38,628 nucleotides of DNA from a virus (IMGVR_UViG_2711768037_000009:1-38628), one strand, 5' to 3'. Shown: positions 15,693 to 25,329, numbered from the stretch's first letter. The notes: generated by a model from the letters alone, not told the origin. Translations and numbers: made by a program.

Positions 15693-15959
15693 ATGATGTT
15701 AACCAATAAACAAAAGGACATCATCAAAACGCTCAATCTCGGTTATGAGCGAGGTCATCTACTTGATCTGGACGAATTGCTTGAAGTTTTGCCGTACAAG
15801 ACAACAAAGCAAAGTATCCAGTTCTCAATTCGCGCTCTGATAAAAAAGGGGCTGGTGGAGAAAGGGCATACGCGCCAACGCAGTGACAATCGCTATCACC
15901 GCCGGACTCTTGGGTTAACCACTTTAGGTCGAGCCAAAGCGAAGTTACTGGTGATGTAA
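15693..15959 (+). CDS. Small basic protein (88 aa), likely winged-helix DNA-binding
   Basis: ATG after AAGGA at 6-nt spacing; basic helix-turn-wing-like sequence. Confidence 0.55.
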   Translation: MMLTNKQKDIIKTLNLGYERGHLLDLDELLEVLPYKTTKQSIQFSIRALIKKGLVEKGHTRQRSDNRYHRRTLGLTTLGRAKAKLLVM

Positions 15960-15961
15960 TC

Positions 15962-16060
15962 GGTCTGGGACCTTATTTAAAGACCTGCTTCTGTATATAT
16001 AAATAATAAGTAACTTATTAAATATATACAGAAGCAGGCTTAAAAAGACATGCCCAGACC
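15962..16060. repeat. Large quasi-palindrome (inner arms ~15984-16000 / 16022-16038, outer arms GGTCTGGG / CCCAGACC)
   Basis: 17-bp perfect inverted arms CCTGCTTCTGTATATAT / ATATATACAGAAGCAGG around an AATAATAAGTA core; lies between the wHTH gene and terS. Confidence 0.55.
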
Positions 16061-16077
16061 TAATTAAACACCCCAGA

Positions 16078-16090
16078 AAACAAGTTGGTT
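16078..16090. promoter_or_regulatory. AAACA-AGT-TGGTT motif upstream of terS
   Basis: AAACA-N3-TGTTT family, one mismatch. Confidence 0.3.
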
Positions 16091-16102
16091 AGCAGATGCA
16101 GT

Positions 16103-16115
16103 AAACAAGTTGTTT
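16103..16115. promoter_or_regulatory. AAACA-AGT-TGTTT perfect palindrome, followed by hairpin AGAGCGC-atggac-GCGCTCT just before the terS RBS
   Basis: Seen directly. Confidence 0.4.
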
Positions 16116-16155
16116 TAGAGCGCATGGACGCGCTCTGTGTGTTTTAGAGGGATCT

Positions 16156-16788
16156 ATGACTGTCGAAAAAGACGAGGTAAAAACTCGCCTGACACCAGCG
16201 GAGTGGGCCGAAGCTGAAGCCAAATGGACGTCAGGCGAATATACACTCTCAAAGCTGGAGGAAGAGTACGGCATTCGTCGTGAAACACTCTCCAGACATT
16301 TCAAAAAGCGAGGATTAGAGAAAGGCGCGGACTCTGTTGGGAAGATGGTTCGTGAGTCTCTTAAATCTGACGCAGAGCTTCGCGCTAAAGCCCGTGCGGA
16401 AAAGATAGAAGAACGTCGTACACGTTATGACGGCTGGGCGTATGCGTTGGGGCAGATGGTGATGGTCGAAGTCACTACGGCCAAACGTGAGAGAAAGCCT
16501 TTAGGGGCGATTGAGGATTCTCTCAAGAGCTTACAGAGAGCCAGTAATACCCTTGCAAAATGCTTTGAAGTTTCGTCCAAAGCATTGGGCATGGATCATG
16601 CGGAAAATGACGAGGAAGAAATTCCGAACCTGGTATTTGGTGAGCTTACGCCTTCCCAGGTGGCGAAATTACGTCAGGAAGACGACGAGCCTGAAATCAT
16701 CGATGACGAATTGCTTGAGACGTTGGAAGAAGAAGCTCTAAGCGAATTTGATGCGACAGATGATGGAAGTGAAGGGGAGGACGAATAA
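16156..16788 (+). CDS. Terminase small subunit (210 aa)
   Basis: N-terminal HTH-like segment, acidic C-terminal tail, immediately upstream of and overlapping the large terminase; AGAGGG SD. Confidence 0.65.
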   Translation: MTVEKDEVKTRLTPAEWAEAEAKWTSGEYTLSKLEEEYGIRRETLSRHFKKRGLEKGADSVGKMVRESLKSDAELRAKARAEKIEERRTRYDGWAYALGQMVMVEVTTAKRERKPLGAIEDSLKSLQRASNTLAKCFEVSSKALGMDHAENDEEEIPNLVFGELTPSQVAKLRQEDDEPEIIDDELLETLEEEALSEFDATDDGSEGEDE

Positions 16789-18044
16789 TGGCAATCCCGT
16801 CCTCGCTCAGTCTTGTGCAACTGCATTCTGGACAGATGAAAGTCTTCCAGTCTCCGCATCGATTTAAAGTTGTTTGTGCTGGTCGACGCTGGGGAAAATC
16901 CCGGTTGTCGATCTCCACTATTATTCGTGCGGCGGCAAAGGAAAAAAAGCAAAGGGTCTGGTATGTCGCTCCTACTTACCAGATGGCTCGCCAGATTTTG
17001 TGGGACGACCTACAGGAAGTTCTGCCTCGTAAGTGGGTTAGGAAAAAGAACGACACCACGATGACAATCGTGTTGAAGAACGGTTCGGAGATCGCCCTCA
17101 AAGGTGCTGATAAGCCTGACACGCTGCGCGGCGTAGCGTTGCATTTTGTAGTGCTTGATGAATTTCAGGATATGAAGGCTGACACCTGGTACAAGGTGTT
17201 ACGACCTACTCTTTCATCGACACGCGGCGGCGCACTGATCATTGGTACGCCAAAAGGCTTCTCGGAATTTCACAAACTGTGGACTATAGGCCAGAACGTA
17301 GAGCTGCAAAGAAAGGGACAGTGGAAGAGCTGGCAGTTTGTAACTGCCGATTCTCCGTTTGTACCTACGGCGGAAATTGAAGCTGCTAAGAACGATATGG
17401 ACCCCAAATCGTTCGCTCAGGAGTACCTAGCCAGCTTTGAGAACATGTCCGGGCGCGTTTACTACCCGTTCGATCGTAACGTGCATGTAAAACCGCTTCA
17501 GTTCAACCCTCGGTTGCCTATATGGGTAGGGCAGGACTTCAACATTGACCCGATGTCTTCCGTAATTTTGCAACCTCAGCCAAACGGTGAGCTATGGGCA
17601 ATTGATGAATTGGTGCTCTTTTCCTCTAACACGGCAGAAGTGTGTGATGAGCTGGAGAGACGTTTCTGGCGATGGAAATCACAGATAACGGTATTTCCTG
17701 ATCCGGCTGGTGCTTATCGTCAACATGCTCGCGGTGAGTCTGACGTCGACATATTCAAAGAGAAGGGATTCTTGCGTGTCGATTATTCAAAAAAACACCC
17801 GCCAATTGCGGATCGTGTTAATGCAGTTAACCGAATGCTGATGACCGCATCTGGGGATATCAGGCTGTATATCGATCCGAAATGCAAGCATTTGATTGAT
17901 TCGCTGGAAAAGGTCATCTACAAGCCTGGAACACGAGATATGGATAAGACAGGTGGCATTGAGCATAGTGCAGACGCATTGGGCTATCCAGTACATCGTA
18001 GGTATCCAGTAAAAAACCGTGTTATTCTTGGTGGTTCAAGATAG
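16788..18044 (+). CDS. Terminase large subunit (418 aa)
   Basis: Walker A KVVCAGRRWGKS near N-terminus; ATG overlaps terS stop; followed by portal. Confidence 0.85.
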   Translation: MAIPSSLSLVQLHSGQMKVFQSPHRFKVVCAGRRWGKSRLSISTIIRAAAKEKKQRVWYVAPTYQMARQILWDDLQEVLPRKWVRKKNDTTMTIVLKNGSEIALKGADKPDTLRGVALHFVVLDEFQDMKADTWYKVLRPTLSSTRGGALIIGTPKGFSEFHKLWTIGQNVELQRKGQWKSWQFVTADSPFVPTAEIEAAKNDMDPKSFAQEYLASFENMSGRVYYPFDRNVHVKPLQFNPRLPIWVGQDFNIDPMSSVILQPQPNGELWAIDELVLFSSNTAEVCDELERRFWRWKSQITVFPDPAGAYRQHARGESDVDIFKEKGFLRVDYSKKHPPIADRVNAVNRMLMTASGDIRLYIDPKCKHLIDSLEKVIYKPGTRDMDKTGGIEHSADALGYPVHRRYPVKNRVILGGSR

Positions 18045-18070
18045 GTGTGTGGTTATTTAAGGGTATTCAA

Positions 18071-19603
18071 ATGGAATTGAACGACAAACAAATTAAGGAT
18101 CTGGTGGCGCGACGCCACCCGGAATACGAAAAGAAAAAAGAACATTGGGACTTTCTCGCTAGCACCTATGCTGGCGGGCGTGGTTGGTTTAGCGAAAATA
18201 TATTTAGGTACTTTAAAGAGGGCGACCAGGAATTTAAGGAGCGAGTTGAGCGTGCTTATCGATTCAACCACACCCGTGAAGTGGTAAATCTCATTAACAA
18301 GTATCTTTTTAAAGAAGATATTCATCGAAATATTGAAGAATCGCCAGAGCAGATCCGCAATTTCTGGAAACGAGCGACTCGCCAGAATGCCTCTATTGAT
18401 TCATTTATGGCCGCGATTGATTTGCAATCGTCTATATACGGTCGTATCTGGGTTGTTGTCGATAGCACGATGAGTGGTGATGTTGAATCAGTCGCTGACG
18501 AGAAAAAGAAAGATGCTCGTGCCTACGCCTACTGGATTTCACCGCAGCAAATGCTGGATGTGGCATGGGACGACGACGGGAATATGTTATGGGCGTTAAT
18601 TGTGGAAGTCGCTCGTGATGACGCAGATCCTTTTACTTCTACAGGTCAGGAATACCAACGTTATCGTCTTTGGACACAAAACGAGTGGTATTTGTTCCGT
18701 GAGGAAGTGAAGAAGGGCGCTAGTGGAGCAGCTCGTCGTCAGGCAAAAGTTATTTTAGAGGATAGCGACGAGCATAATCTGGGCGTAGTTCCTGTGTTTC
18801 CTGTTGATTGTATTGGAGAAAGTGAATCACCGTATTTCAGCCCATCGTTGATCGATGATATCGCTTATCTTGATCGTGCGGTTGCAAACTATCTGTCAAA
18901 CCTTGATGCCATTATTCAGGATCAGACATTTAGCCAGTTGGCCATACCGGTGCAGTCACTTTTACCTGGTGATGATAATCACACTAAAGTTCTTGAAATG
19001 GGGACAAAACGTGTCTTTACCTACGATTCTGAAGGTGGAAACCAGCCGTTTTATTTATCACCAGACCCTAAACAAGCTCAGATGATCATCACTACGATTA
19101 AGACGGTGATTAACGAAATCTACCATTCAGTTGGTGTAGCTGGCGAGCGAACGAAGCAGGACAACGCACAGGGAATAGATAATTCATCTGGTGCTGCAAA
19201 AATGTATGACTTCCAGCGTGTAAATAGCTTGCTTGTCACAAAAGCAGATCGTCTTGAAAGGGCTGAACGCCAAATCATGCAACTGGTTGCTAAATGGATG
19301 GGGGTAGATCTGGACGAAGATCACTCTCTAATAGCATATCCAGAAAGTTTTGATATTCGCGGGCTTACTGATGAATTTTCTGTTGCGGAGAAACTATCGT
19401 TACTTCAGGCACCGGACTCTGTACGTCGTCAGCAGATGGAAATGCTGATTGAGAAGATTTTCCCTAATATCACTGAAGCGATGAAAAAGGAATTTGATAA
19501 AGATCTCTTGAAATTTCCGCCAAAAAATGATCTTAATGCTCTTGAAAATAAGTCTGTACTTACCTATGATCGCAGTGCTGTCCAAGAAAGCGGACAAAAT
19601 TAA
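18071..19603 (+). CDS. Portal protein (~510 aa)
   Basis: ORF track 18047..19603 (GTG); first ATG at 18071 after AAGGG; size and position between terminase and scaffold. Confidence 0.75.
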   Translation: MELNDKQIKDLVARRHPEYEKKKEHWDFLASTYAGGRGWFSENIFRYFKEGDQEFKERVERAYRFNHTREVVNLINKYLFKEDIHRNIEESPEQIRNFWKRATRQNASIDSFMAAIDLQSSIYGRIWVVVDSTMSGDVESVADEKKKDARAYAYWISPQQMLDVAWDDDGNMLWALIVEVARDDADPFTSTGQEYQRYRLWTQNEWYLFREEVKKGASGAARRQAKVILEDSDEHNLGVVPVFPVDCIGESESPYFSPSLIDDIAYLDRAVANYLSNLDAIIQDQTFSQLAIPVQSLLPGDDNHTKVLEMGTKRVFTYDSEGGNQPFYLSPDPKQAQMIITTIKTVINEIYHSVGVAGERTKQDNAQGIDNSSGAAKMYDFQRVNSLLVTKADRLERAERQIMQLVAKWMGVDLDEDHSLIAYPESFDIRGLTDEFSVAEKLSLLQAPDSVRRQQMEMLIEKIFPNITEAMKKEFDKDLLKFPPKNDLNALENKSVLTYDRSAVQESGQN

Positions 19604-19666
19604 CCCCGAGGGAATGGGGACTCATCTACTCAAGAGAACGAGTGATAAGTAATAAAGGGAACTTTT

Positions 19667-20554
19667 ATGAATTTGTGGCAAATGCTTATGGCCCGTCGTG
19701 GTCTGATGAATGTTGCTGAAGCGCATGAGCGTGGGGGCGCTGGCGGTGTAGCTGCTGATAATGAGCAGAGTACACAAGATCCTGACAAGCAGGGTGAACA
19801 AAAAGAGCAGCCGAAGGGTGATGGCGAATACGCTGGCATGACTCATGAAGAGTTACTGGCCGAACTTCGCAAAACCAAGAAAGCTGGTGCTGAACTGCTG
19901 AAAGAGAACATGAAGCGCAAAGAGAAAGAGCGCACATTGGCCGATCAGCTTGCTCAGTACGGTGATATCGACCCGGCGCGTGCTCGCCAGCTTTTAGAGG
20001 CTGAACAGGCCGCAGAAAACACACGTCGTGAGGCGGAGCAAGCTGAACTGGAGCGTCGTGGTGAGTTCGATGCTGTTAAAAAACAGATGATCGAAGCACA
20101 CCAGGCAGAGCTGGCACAGCGTGACGAACGTTATGCAGCACTGGAAAGTGAAAACGCATCACTGAAATCTCAATTAGTTGAGATGACCGTTGGCGCGTCA
20201 TTTAGTAATTCTGCCTTCCTTCGTGACAAAGTTCTAATGACTCCCGCGAAAGCTCGCGTGATCTACGGTTCTCATTTTGAAGTCGGTGATGACGGTAACG
20301 TAGTGGGTTATGACAAACCGGCAGGCCACAAAGATCGAGCTGTTCTGGTTGACGGTGAAGGAAACACGTTGTCATTTGAATCTGCGATTGAACGCATTGT
20401 GCGGGCAGATCCAGAGGCTGACGCAGTCATGCGCAGCGAAGCCAAACAGGGTGCTGGTTCTAATAGCAAACCAACCCATAAGGTAGTCCAACAGAAGTCT
20501 AAGTCGACGATGGATAAGTTGACCTCTGGTCTTGGGAAAATTGGACTTAAGTAA
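19667..20554 (+). CDS. Scaffolding protein (295 aa)
   Basis: Charged coiled-coil-rich sequence between portal and major capsid gene. Confidence 0.6.
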   Translation: MNLWQMLMARRGLMNVAEAHERGGAGGVAADNEQSTQDPDKQGEQKEQPKGDGEYAGMTHEELLAELRKTKKAGAELLKENMKRKEKERTLADQLAQYGDIDPARARQLLEAEQAAENTRREAEQAELERRGEFDAVKKQMIEAHQAELAQRDERYAALESENASLKSQLVEMTVGASFSNSAFLRDKVLMTPAKARVIYGSHFEVGDDGNVVGYDKPAGHKDRAVLVDGEGNTLSFESAIERIVRADPEADAVMRSEAKQGAGSNSKPTHKVVQQKSKSTMDKLTSGLGKIGLK

Positions 20555-20579
20555 CATCTAAATCAAAGGGAATTGATAG

Positions 20580-21500
20580 ATGCCATTACTGCGTGAAGAA
20601 GCTGAAAAGCTATCCAATAATGAACTTGAACAGGGTGTGATCGAAACTATCATCGATCGCGATGACCTGTTTGCGATTCTGCCTTTTATGAAGATTAACT
20701 CGAAGGCATATCTTTATAATCGCGAAGCAACGCTTAGTGAAGCGACCTTTATTGATGTAAACGATACTATTGCGGAAGGCGCAGCAACATTCAGCGAACA
20801 TGTTGCAAAACTGCGTATTCTGGCTGGTGACGTTGACGTTGATAAATTCTTAGCAACAACTATGTCCGATACTAACAATCAGTTGGCTGTTCAGGTTCGC
20901 CAGAAAGTTAAAGGTCTGGCTCGTGCATTCCGTCGAAATCTGATCTTGGGTAATTCTGAAACTAATACCAAAGCGTTTGATGGTATTCCGCGTCTGATGC
21001 ACAAAGATCAGAAGATCGACATTGCTGGTGCATCTATGACTTTCTCTATGTTCGACGAGCTGGTCGATGCGGTGAAAGATTTGGGTGCTGACTGCATCAT
21101 GATGCGTTCAGAGCACCTGCGTGCTTACCGTGCGCTGCTGCGTACAGTAAACGTAGGCCCGTCTGAAATCATGATGGAGAACTTCGGTCGTCCTATGCTG
21201 TGCCATAATGGCATTCCATTTATTGTTAACGACTTCATTCCTAAAAATGGGGTTAAAGTTACTGAAGATTCAGAGCAGAAAACGGAAGGCCAGGAAGGCA
21301 CTGCTAACATTTATTGTCTGCATTTGTCAGAAGAAAATGGTCTTACCGGTCTGTATGGCGGTGACAATGCTGGTATCGTTGTGGAGAACATTGGCACGGT
21401 ACAGAATAAAGATGCAGTACGTACTCGTGTGAAATGGTACTGCTCTCTGGCGAATAAGCACGATAAGGCTATCGCTGCACTGAACAATGTAAAAATTTAA
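20580..21500 (+). CDS. Major capsid protein (306 aa)
   Basis: Position after scaffold; AAGGGAA SD; followed by a very strong terminator. Confidence 0.8.
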   Translation: MPLLREEAEKLSNNELEQGVIETIIDRDDLFAILPFMKINSKAYLYNREATLSEATFIDVNDTIAEGAATFSEHVAKLRILAGDVDVDKFLATTMSDTNNQLAVQVRQKVKGLARAFRRNLILGNSETNTKAFDGIPRLMHKDQKIDIAGASMTFSMFDELVDAVKDLGADCIMMRSEHLRAYRALLRTVNVGPSEIMMENFGRPMLCHNGIPFIVNDFIPKNGVKVTEDSEQKTEGQEGTANIYCLHLSEENGLTGLYGGDNAGIVVENIGTVQNKDAVRTRVKWYCSLANKHDKAIAALNNVKI

Positions 21501-21533
21501 CTAAAATAATAGGTATGTAATTACCTATGCTTA

Positions 21534-21562
21534 AGGGTGGGCTATACGCCCACCCTTTTTGT
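21534..21562 (+). terminator. Strong intrinsic terminator after the major capsid gene
   Basis: AAGGGTGGGC-tatac-GCCCACCCTT followed by TTTTT. Confidence 0.8.
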
Positions 21563-21597
21563 AGGTTTTAAATATGCCTGTATAGCGAGAAAGCGTA

Positions 21598-22032
21598 ATG
21601 AAACCAGCAAAAATTCGTTTATTGGAACCGCAATTTTCTGATTATTCGGGAATGTTGTGTGGAGTTAAGTTTGAGAATGGGGTATCCGTTTCCGAGTTAC
21701 CTTTTATCGACCAGCAGAGGATTTGTGCATCAATGCGCGCATCAACTGTTGAGGGTAAAAACGTTTCTCCATCTGCTGCATATGGCGAACGTAATGATCT
21801 GAACGTAGATCAGATTGTTGAGCCATCAGCACCTGACATTGTTCCAATGAAGCGCGGAACGGCAGATGAACCAGCTAAACCAATTCAAACTTTCACACGG
21901 GAAGAACTGGAGTCAATTGCTGATAGTGAGGGTATTGCCGGTTTACGTTTAATTGGGAATAAGATTGGTGTTAAGGCGAAAGGAATTGTCGAAATGATTG
22001 ACGGCATCCTGAAAGCACAAGGCGGTGAGTAA
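21598..22032 (+). CDS. Hypothetical head-associated protein (144 aa)
   Basis: Position in head module; C-terminal segment resembles a Rho-N/HeH-like motif (weak). Confidence 0.55.
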   Translation: MKPAKIRLLEPQFSDYSGMLCGVKFENGVSVSELPFIDQQRICASMRASTVEGKNVSPSAAYGERNDLNVDQIVEPSAPDIVPMKRGTADEPAKPIQTFTREELESIADSEGIAGLRLIGNKIGVKAKGIVEMIDGILKAQGGE

Positions 22033-22865
22033 TGGCGCAGATCGACTCGTATCGTAGCGGTGAAGCTGTTTCTCTTTCATTTGCCTTCAACGTGCTGGAT
22101 ATCGAATCTGCCACCTACACAGTAAAGGACAGCACCGGGGCTATTGTCGTTGATGGCGAGCCGCTAGAAATTACCAGCGGTCAAATGTCGATTCCGGTTG
22201 TCGTGTCGGCTGAATATAACCAGCTCTCTGAGAAAGAGCGAGATCTGCGGTACGTCATTGTGAAGGCTGTTGCATCGGGCCTGACGCATGAAGAGCGTCA
22301 AATGTATGTTCTGCTGAATACTTTTGAACTGTCGATACCAGAACAGTCGTTTGCAACTGTCGCTGATGCTCAAATGCAGGCGATCGATATGCTGAATGGG
22401 GACACTTTGCTGTCGGATGGTGAAGGCTTAATGCGCAAGCGTCTCATTGAGGCTACAAGACGTATTAAAACTTTACCGTTCTCAATCCGCAAAATTCTAC
22501 GTATCGACTTTGACCGATACGATCGCCCTCAAAATATGCTGAATGTGTATGACATTCCGTGGGGAGCAGATGGAGCGTACCGGCATGATTTAGTCGATTG
22601 GGAAAAGATGACGCAGGAGAAGTTTGAAGAGTTCCCTGACTACTTCAAAGAAGCGTTAATGCTAGCCGTTGTCAATGAAGCGTGTGAGATAGCAAATGGC
22701 AATGACATCGTCGCAGCACGAGAGGATGGCATTTTGTCAGAATCTATCGGTGAAACGACCAACATGTATCGTACCGGTAAATCAGCAAACGTGCATGTTG
22801 CTCGCAGCACCTGGCGTTTACTGATCCGTTATATAGACAATCGTATGATTGTCCGACGTTCGTAA
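22032..22865 (+). CDS. Hypothetical structural protein (277 aa)
   Basis: ATG overlaps the upstream stop; function unknown. Confidence 0.55.
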   Translation: MAQIDSYRSGEAVSLSFAFNVLDIESATYTVKDSTGAIVVDGEPLEITSGQMSIPVVVSAEYNQLSEKERDLRYVIVKAVASGLTHEERQMYVLLNTFELSIPEQSFATVADAQMQAIDMLNGDTLLSDGEGLMRKRLIEATRRIKTLPFSIRKILRIDFDRYDRPQNMLNVYDIPWGADGAYRHDLVDWEKMTQEKFEEFPDYFKEALMLAVVNEACEIANGNDIVAAREDGILSESIGETTNMYRTGKSANVHVARSTWRLLIRYIDNRMIVRRS

Positions 22866-22936
22866 TGTCTTTCTCATTATTTGGTTTTGGAAGCAATAGT
22901 TTTGGCTGGCAATGAGATCGACAACAGGGAGAGAGC

Positions 22937-23281
22937 GTGAATATTTCATGGCAAACAGAAATTGCGATCTACCGCTTTGGCACAAAGAACGTCTACGGTG
23001 AAGCGCAATTGCAGTTCGTCAGGAAGACGAATGTCGGTGTAGTTAAATTCGAACAGAGTAATGAGAAATCGTCAGTTCGTGCTGATAGCTCTGGTAGTCG
23101 TGGCAAGGCGAGCCTGGAATTGTTTGATGCTGTATTAGTTGTCCCTTTAGAAGCGGCTGTACAACTTGATGATGTGCTGATCCTTGAAGGTCAAAAATTA
23201 AAGGTGTCCAGTGTTCATCGCCGCTGGGGGCTACGAGGAAGACCAGGGCATCTTGAAGTGGGGGCGAATATATGGGTCTGA
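22937..23281 (+). CDS. Putative head-tail connector / head closure protein (114 aa)
   Basis: GTG start preceded by GGGAGAG; position between head and tail genes. Confidence 0.5.
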   Translation: MNISWQTEIAIYRFGTKNVYGEAQLQFVRKTNVGVVKFEQSNEKSSVRADSSGSRGKASLELFDAVLVVPLEAAVQLDDVLILEGQKLKVSSVHRRWGLRGRPGHLEVGANIWV

Positions 23282-23745
23282 AATACGATGCGCATCAGTT
23301 CAAACGTGCGGGTAATAGACTCAACAACAGCCAGAAAGCATTCAAGCGGTATCTTATTCGGGACATGGAAAAGCTGGCGCGCTTGGTTGAGCGTCTCAGT
23401 CGAGCAATGGCCCCGCTGGAAACCGGATCTCTGGAGACTGCCATCTTTGCCAGGGTCATTAAAGAAGGGTATTCAGGGCTACGCATTGAGCTTTCTGTGT
23501 CTGGGGCAAAACCACGTCAGGGCCATCCGGGCGTAGAAGTGGGTGACTATGCTAAGTACATGGAGCTGGGTAAATACCGTCTCGGTTATCTTTCTCGAAT
23601 GAAGAACGTGACAAATCCACCAATTGAAGGTGTAAAACCTCGTGTTGGTCCACACTTTCTGGAAAGAGCGGTGGAAATTAGCGAGAAGCAGTTCTCCGAA
23701 GCGATTATTGAGGCTGCCAGAAAAGCCGGATTTACGAGAGGTTAA
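23272..23745 (+). CDS. Putative neck / tail completion protein (157 aa)
   Basis: ATG overlapping the upstream gene end; position. Confidence 0.55.
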   Translation: MGLKYDAHQFKRAGNRLNNSQKAFKRYLIRDMEKLARLVERLSRAMAPLETGSLETAIFARVIKEGYSGLRIELSVSGAKPRQGHPGVEVGDYAKYMELGKYRLGYLSRMKNVTNPPIEGVKPRVGPHFLERAVEISEKQFSEAIIEAARKAGFTRG

Positions 23746-23746
23746 T

Positions 23747-24130
23747 GTGTTTATTGAAGCATTTGCAAATTTGATGCAGAAGGCAAAAATTGGCACGGTA
23801 GGGACAGACATTTTCTGTCATTACTTACCTGCCAATGTCAAATCCGGTGTCCTGCTTATTAACCCAAATACCGGTATCAGAATCGATCATGAGTTACAAG
23901 GCTTTTATCATGAGTCGTTCACAATCATTGTGCGTGGCTCGTCAATTACAACGACTATTGAGAAAGCGCGTAAGATCATTGATATGTTTCCCGTAGAGGA
24001 AACGGAATCTGGCGGGGTCTATTTTCGACTTGTACGGCCTATGGCTATGCCGGTCGTTTATCCGAACGATGATGGATCGTTAATAGAAGCCGGTATTCCA
24101 GTTGAATTTGCTGGCTATTTATTGAATTAA
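23747..24130 (+). CDS. Putative tail terminator / tail completion protein (127 aa)
   Basis: ORF track 23642..24130; GTG at 23747 after GAGAGG, 2 nt past the upstream stop. Confidence 0.5.
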   Translation: MFIEAFANLMQKAKIGTVGTDIFCHYLPANVKSGVLLINPNTGIRIDHELQGFYHESFTIIVRGSSITTTIEKARKIIDMFPVEETESGGVYFRLVRPMAMPVVYPNDDGSLIEAGIPVEFAGYLLN

Positions 24131-24203
24131 ATAAATAGGTGAGTATATACTTAAATATAGCGCAATGAATGCGTGAAATTAACGGAAAAAGGAGTTTCCA
24201 TCA

Positions 24204-24944
24204 ATGTCTAATACCCATGTAAAAAACATCAAGCTTGGTGCCTGCAAGGTATCATTTGGTGGTGTGGATCTGGGTTACACCAAAGGTGGTGTTCAGGTTG
24301 AAGTAGCCACTGAAACGCTTAAAGTTACAGTCGATCAACAAGGTCAGACTGTAATCTCTGAATTGGTTCAGGGGCGTAACATTACCATTACCGCACCTCT
24401 GGCCGAGTCTGTGCTCAAAAATATGGTCGATCTTATGCCTGGTTCTACTTTGAGCGAAGATGACAACTCCGTCACCATCACATCTGCACAGGGCGTAAAT
24501 CTGATCAACGTGGCGAAGGAACTCGTACTGACACCGCAGGACACCACCGACTATGTGTTGACGCTCCCGAAAGCGGCAACCGCTGGCAACTTCACTATGT
24601 CCTACCAGTCTGATGATGTTCGTGTGTTCTCTGTTCAGTTCAACGCGTACCCTGATGATGAGGGAGTTCTTGGCAAAATGAGTGGCCCAAAACCGGTGAA
24701 AAACGTGACGATTACACCTGAATCTCCGACTGTTAAGGTCGGTTCGACAGTTCAACTGACTGCTAATTTCACCCCAGATGATGCCGGTGATAAAACTGGT
24801 GTATGGGCGTCAGAGGATGATAAAAAAGCCACTGTTGATCAGACTGGTCTTGTGCGTGGTGTGGCACAAGGTTCTGCAAACATATCATTCACCAGCAATA
24901 GCGGTAGCAAGAAAGTAACCAAATCAGTGACGGTTAATCAATAA
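24204..24944 (+). CDS. Major tail protein with C-terminal Ig-like (Big_2-type) domain
   Basis: AAAAAGGAG SD; C-terminal ~80 aa (VTITPESPTVKVGSTVQLTANFTP...) looks like a Big_2 Ig fold, as in lambda gpV. Confidence 0.8.
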   Translation: MSNTHVKNIKLGACKVSFGGVDLGYTKGGVQVEVATETLKVTVDQQGQTVISELVQGRNITITAPLAESVLKNMVDLMPGSTLSEDDNSVTITSAQGVNLINVAKELVLTPQDTTDYVLTLPKAATAGNFTMSYQSDDVRVFSVQFNAYPDDEGVLGKMSGPKPVKNVTITPESPTVKVGSTVQLTANFTPDDAGDKTGVWASEDDKKATVDQTGLVRGVAQGSANISFTSNSGSKKVTKSVTVNQ

Positions 24945-24970
24945 TCAAGCAACTTATTAATCTATAAATT

Positions 24971-24996
24971 GAGGCTCATGATGGGCCTCTCTTTTA
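24971..24996 (+). terminator. Intrinsic terminator after the major tail gene
   Basis: GAGGCTCAT-g-ATGGGCCTC hairpin followed by TCTTTT. Confidence 0.6.
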
Positions 24997-25011
24997 AAAG
25001 GATTTTAACAA

Positions 25012-25329
25012 ATGACAAAATTACTCGATCTCGACTCAATCCTACCTCCTAAAAAAAGTGTCAAATTTTGCGGCCAGGAATATCCTATCGTTGAAATGAC
25101 GGTAGGTCTGTTCGTTTCCATTAAGCAGATGGAAGGTAAAGATCTGACCAATATGTCTCCTGTTGAGCAAGTGACAGCTTATGCAGATCTGGTTCGCAAG
25201 ATTATCCCTTCAGTGCCCGACGAAGTTCTTGAAAAACTGACTGTTCCGCAACTTCAGCAGATCTTCACCTTCGCTATGGAAGTGATTGATGAAGAAAACG
25301 AAAAAGCGGCTGGCGAAGGGGCAAAGTAA
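25012..25329 (+). CDS. Tail assembly chaperone (lambda G-like), 105 aa
   Basis: Small acidic protein immediately upstream of the tape measure gene. Confidence 0.7.
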   Translation: MTKLLDLDSILPPKKSVKFCGQEYPIVEMTVGLFVSIKQMEGKDLTNMSPVEQVTAYADLVRKIIPSVPDEVLEKLTVPQLQQIFTFAMEVIDEENEKAAGEGAK

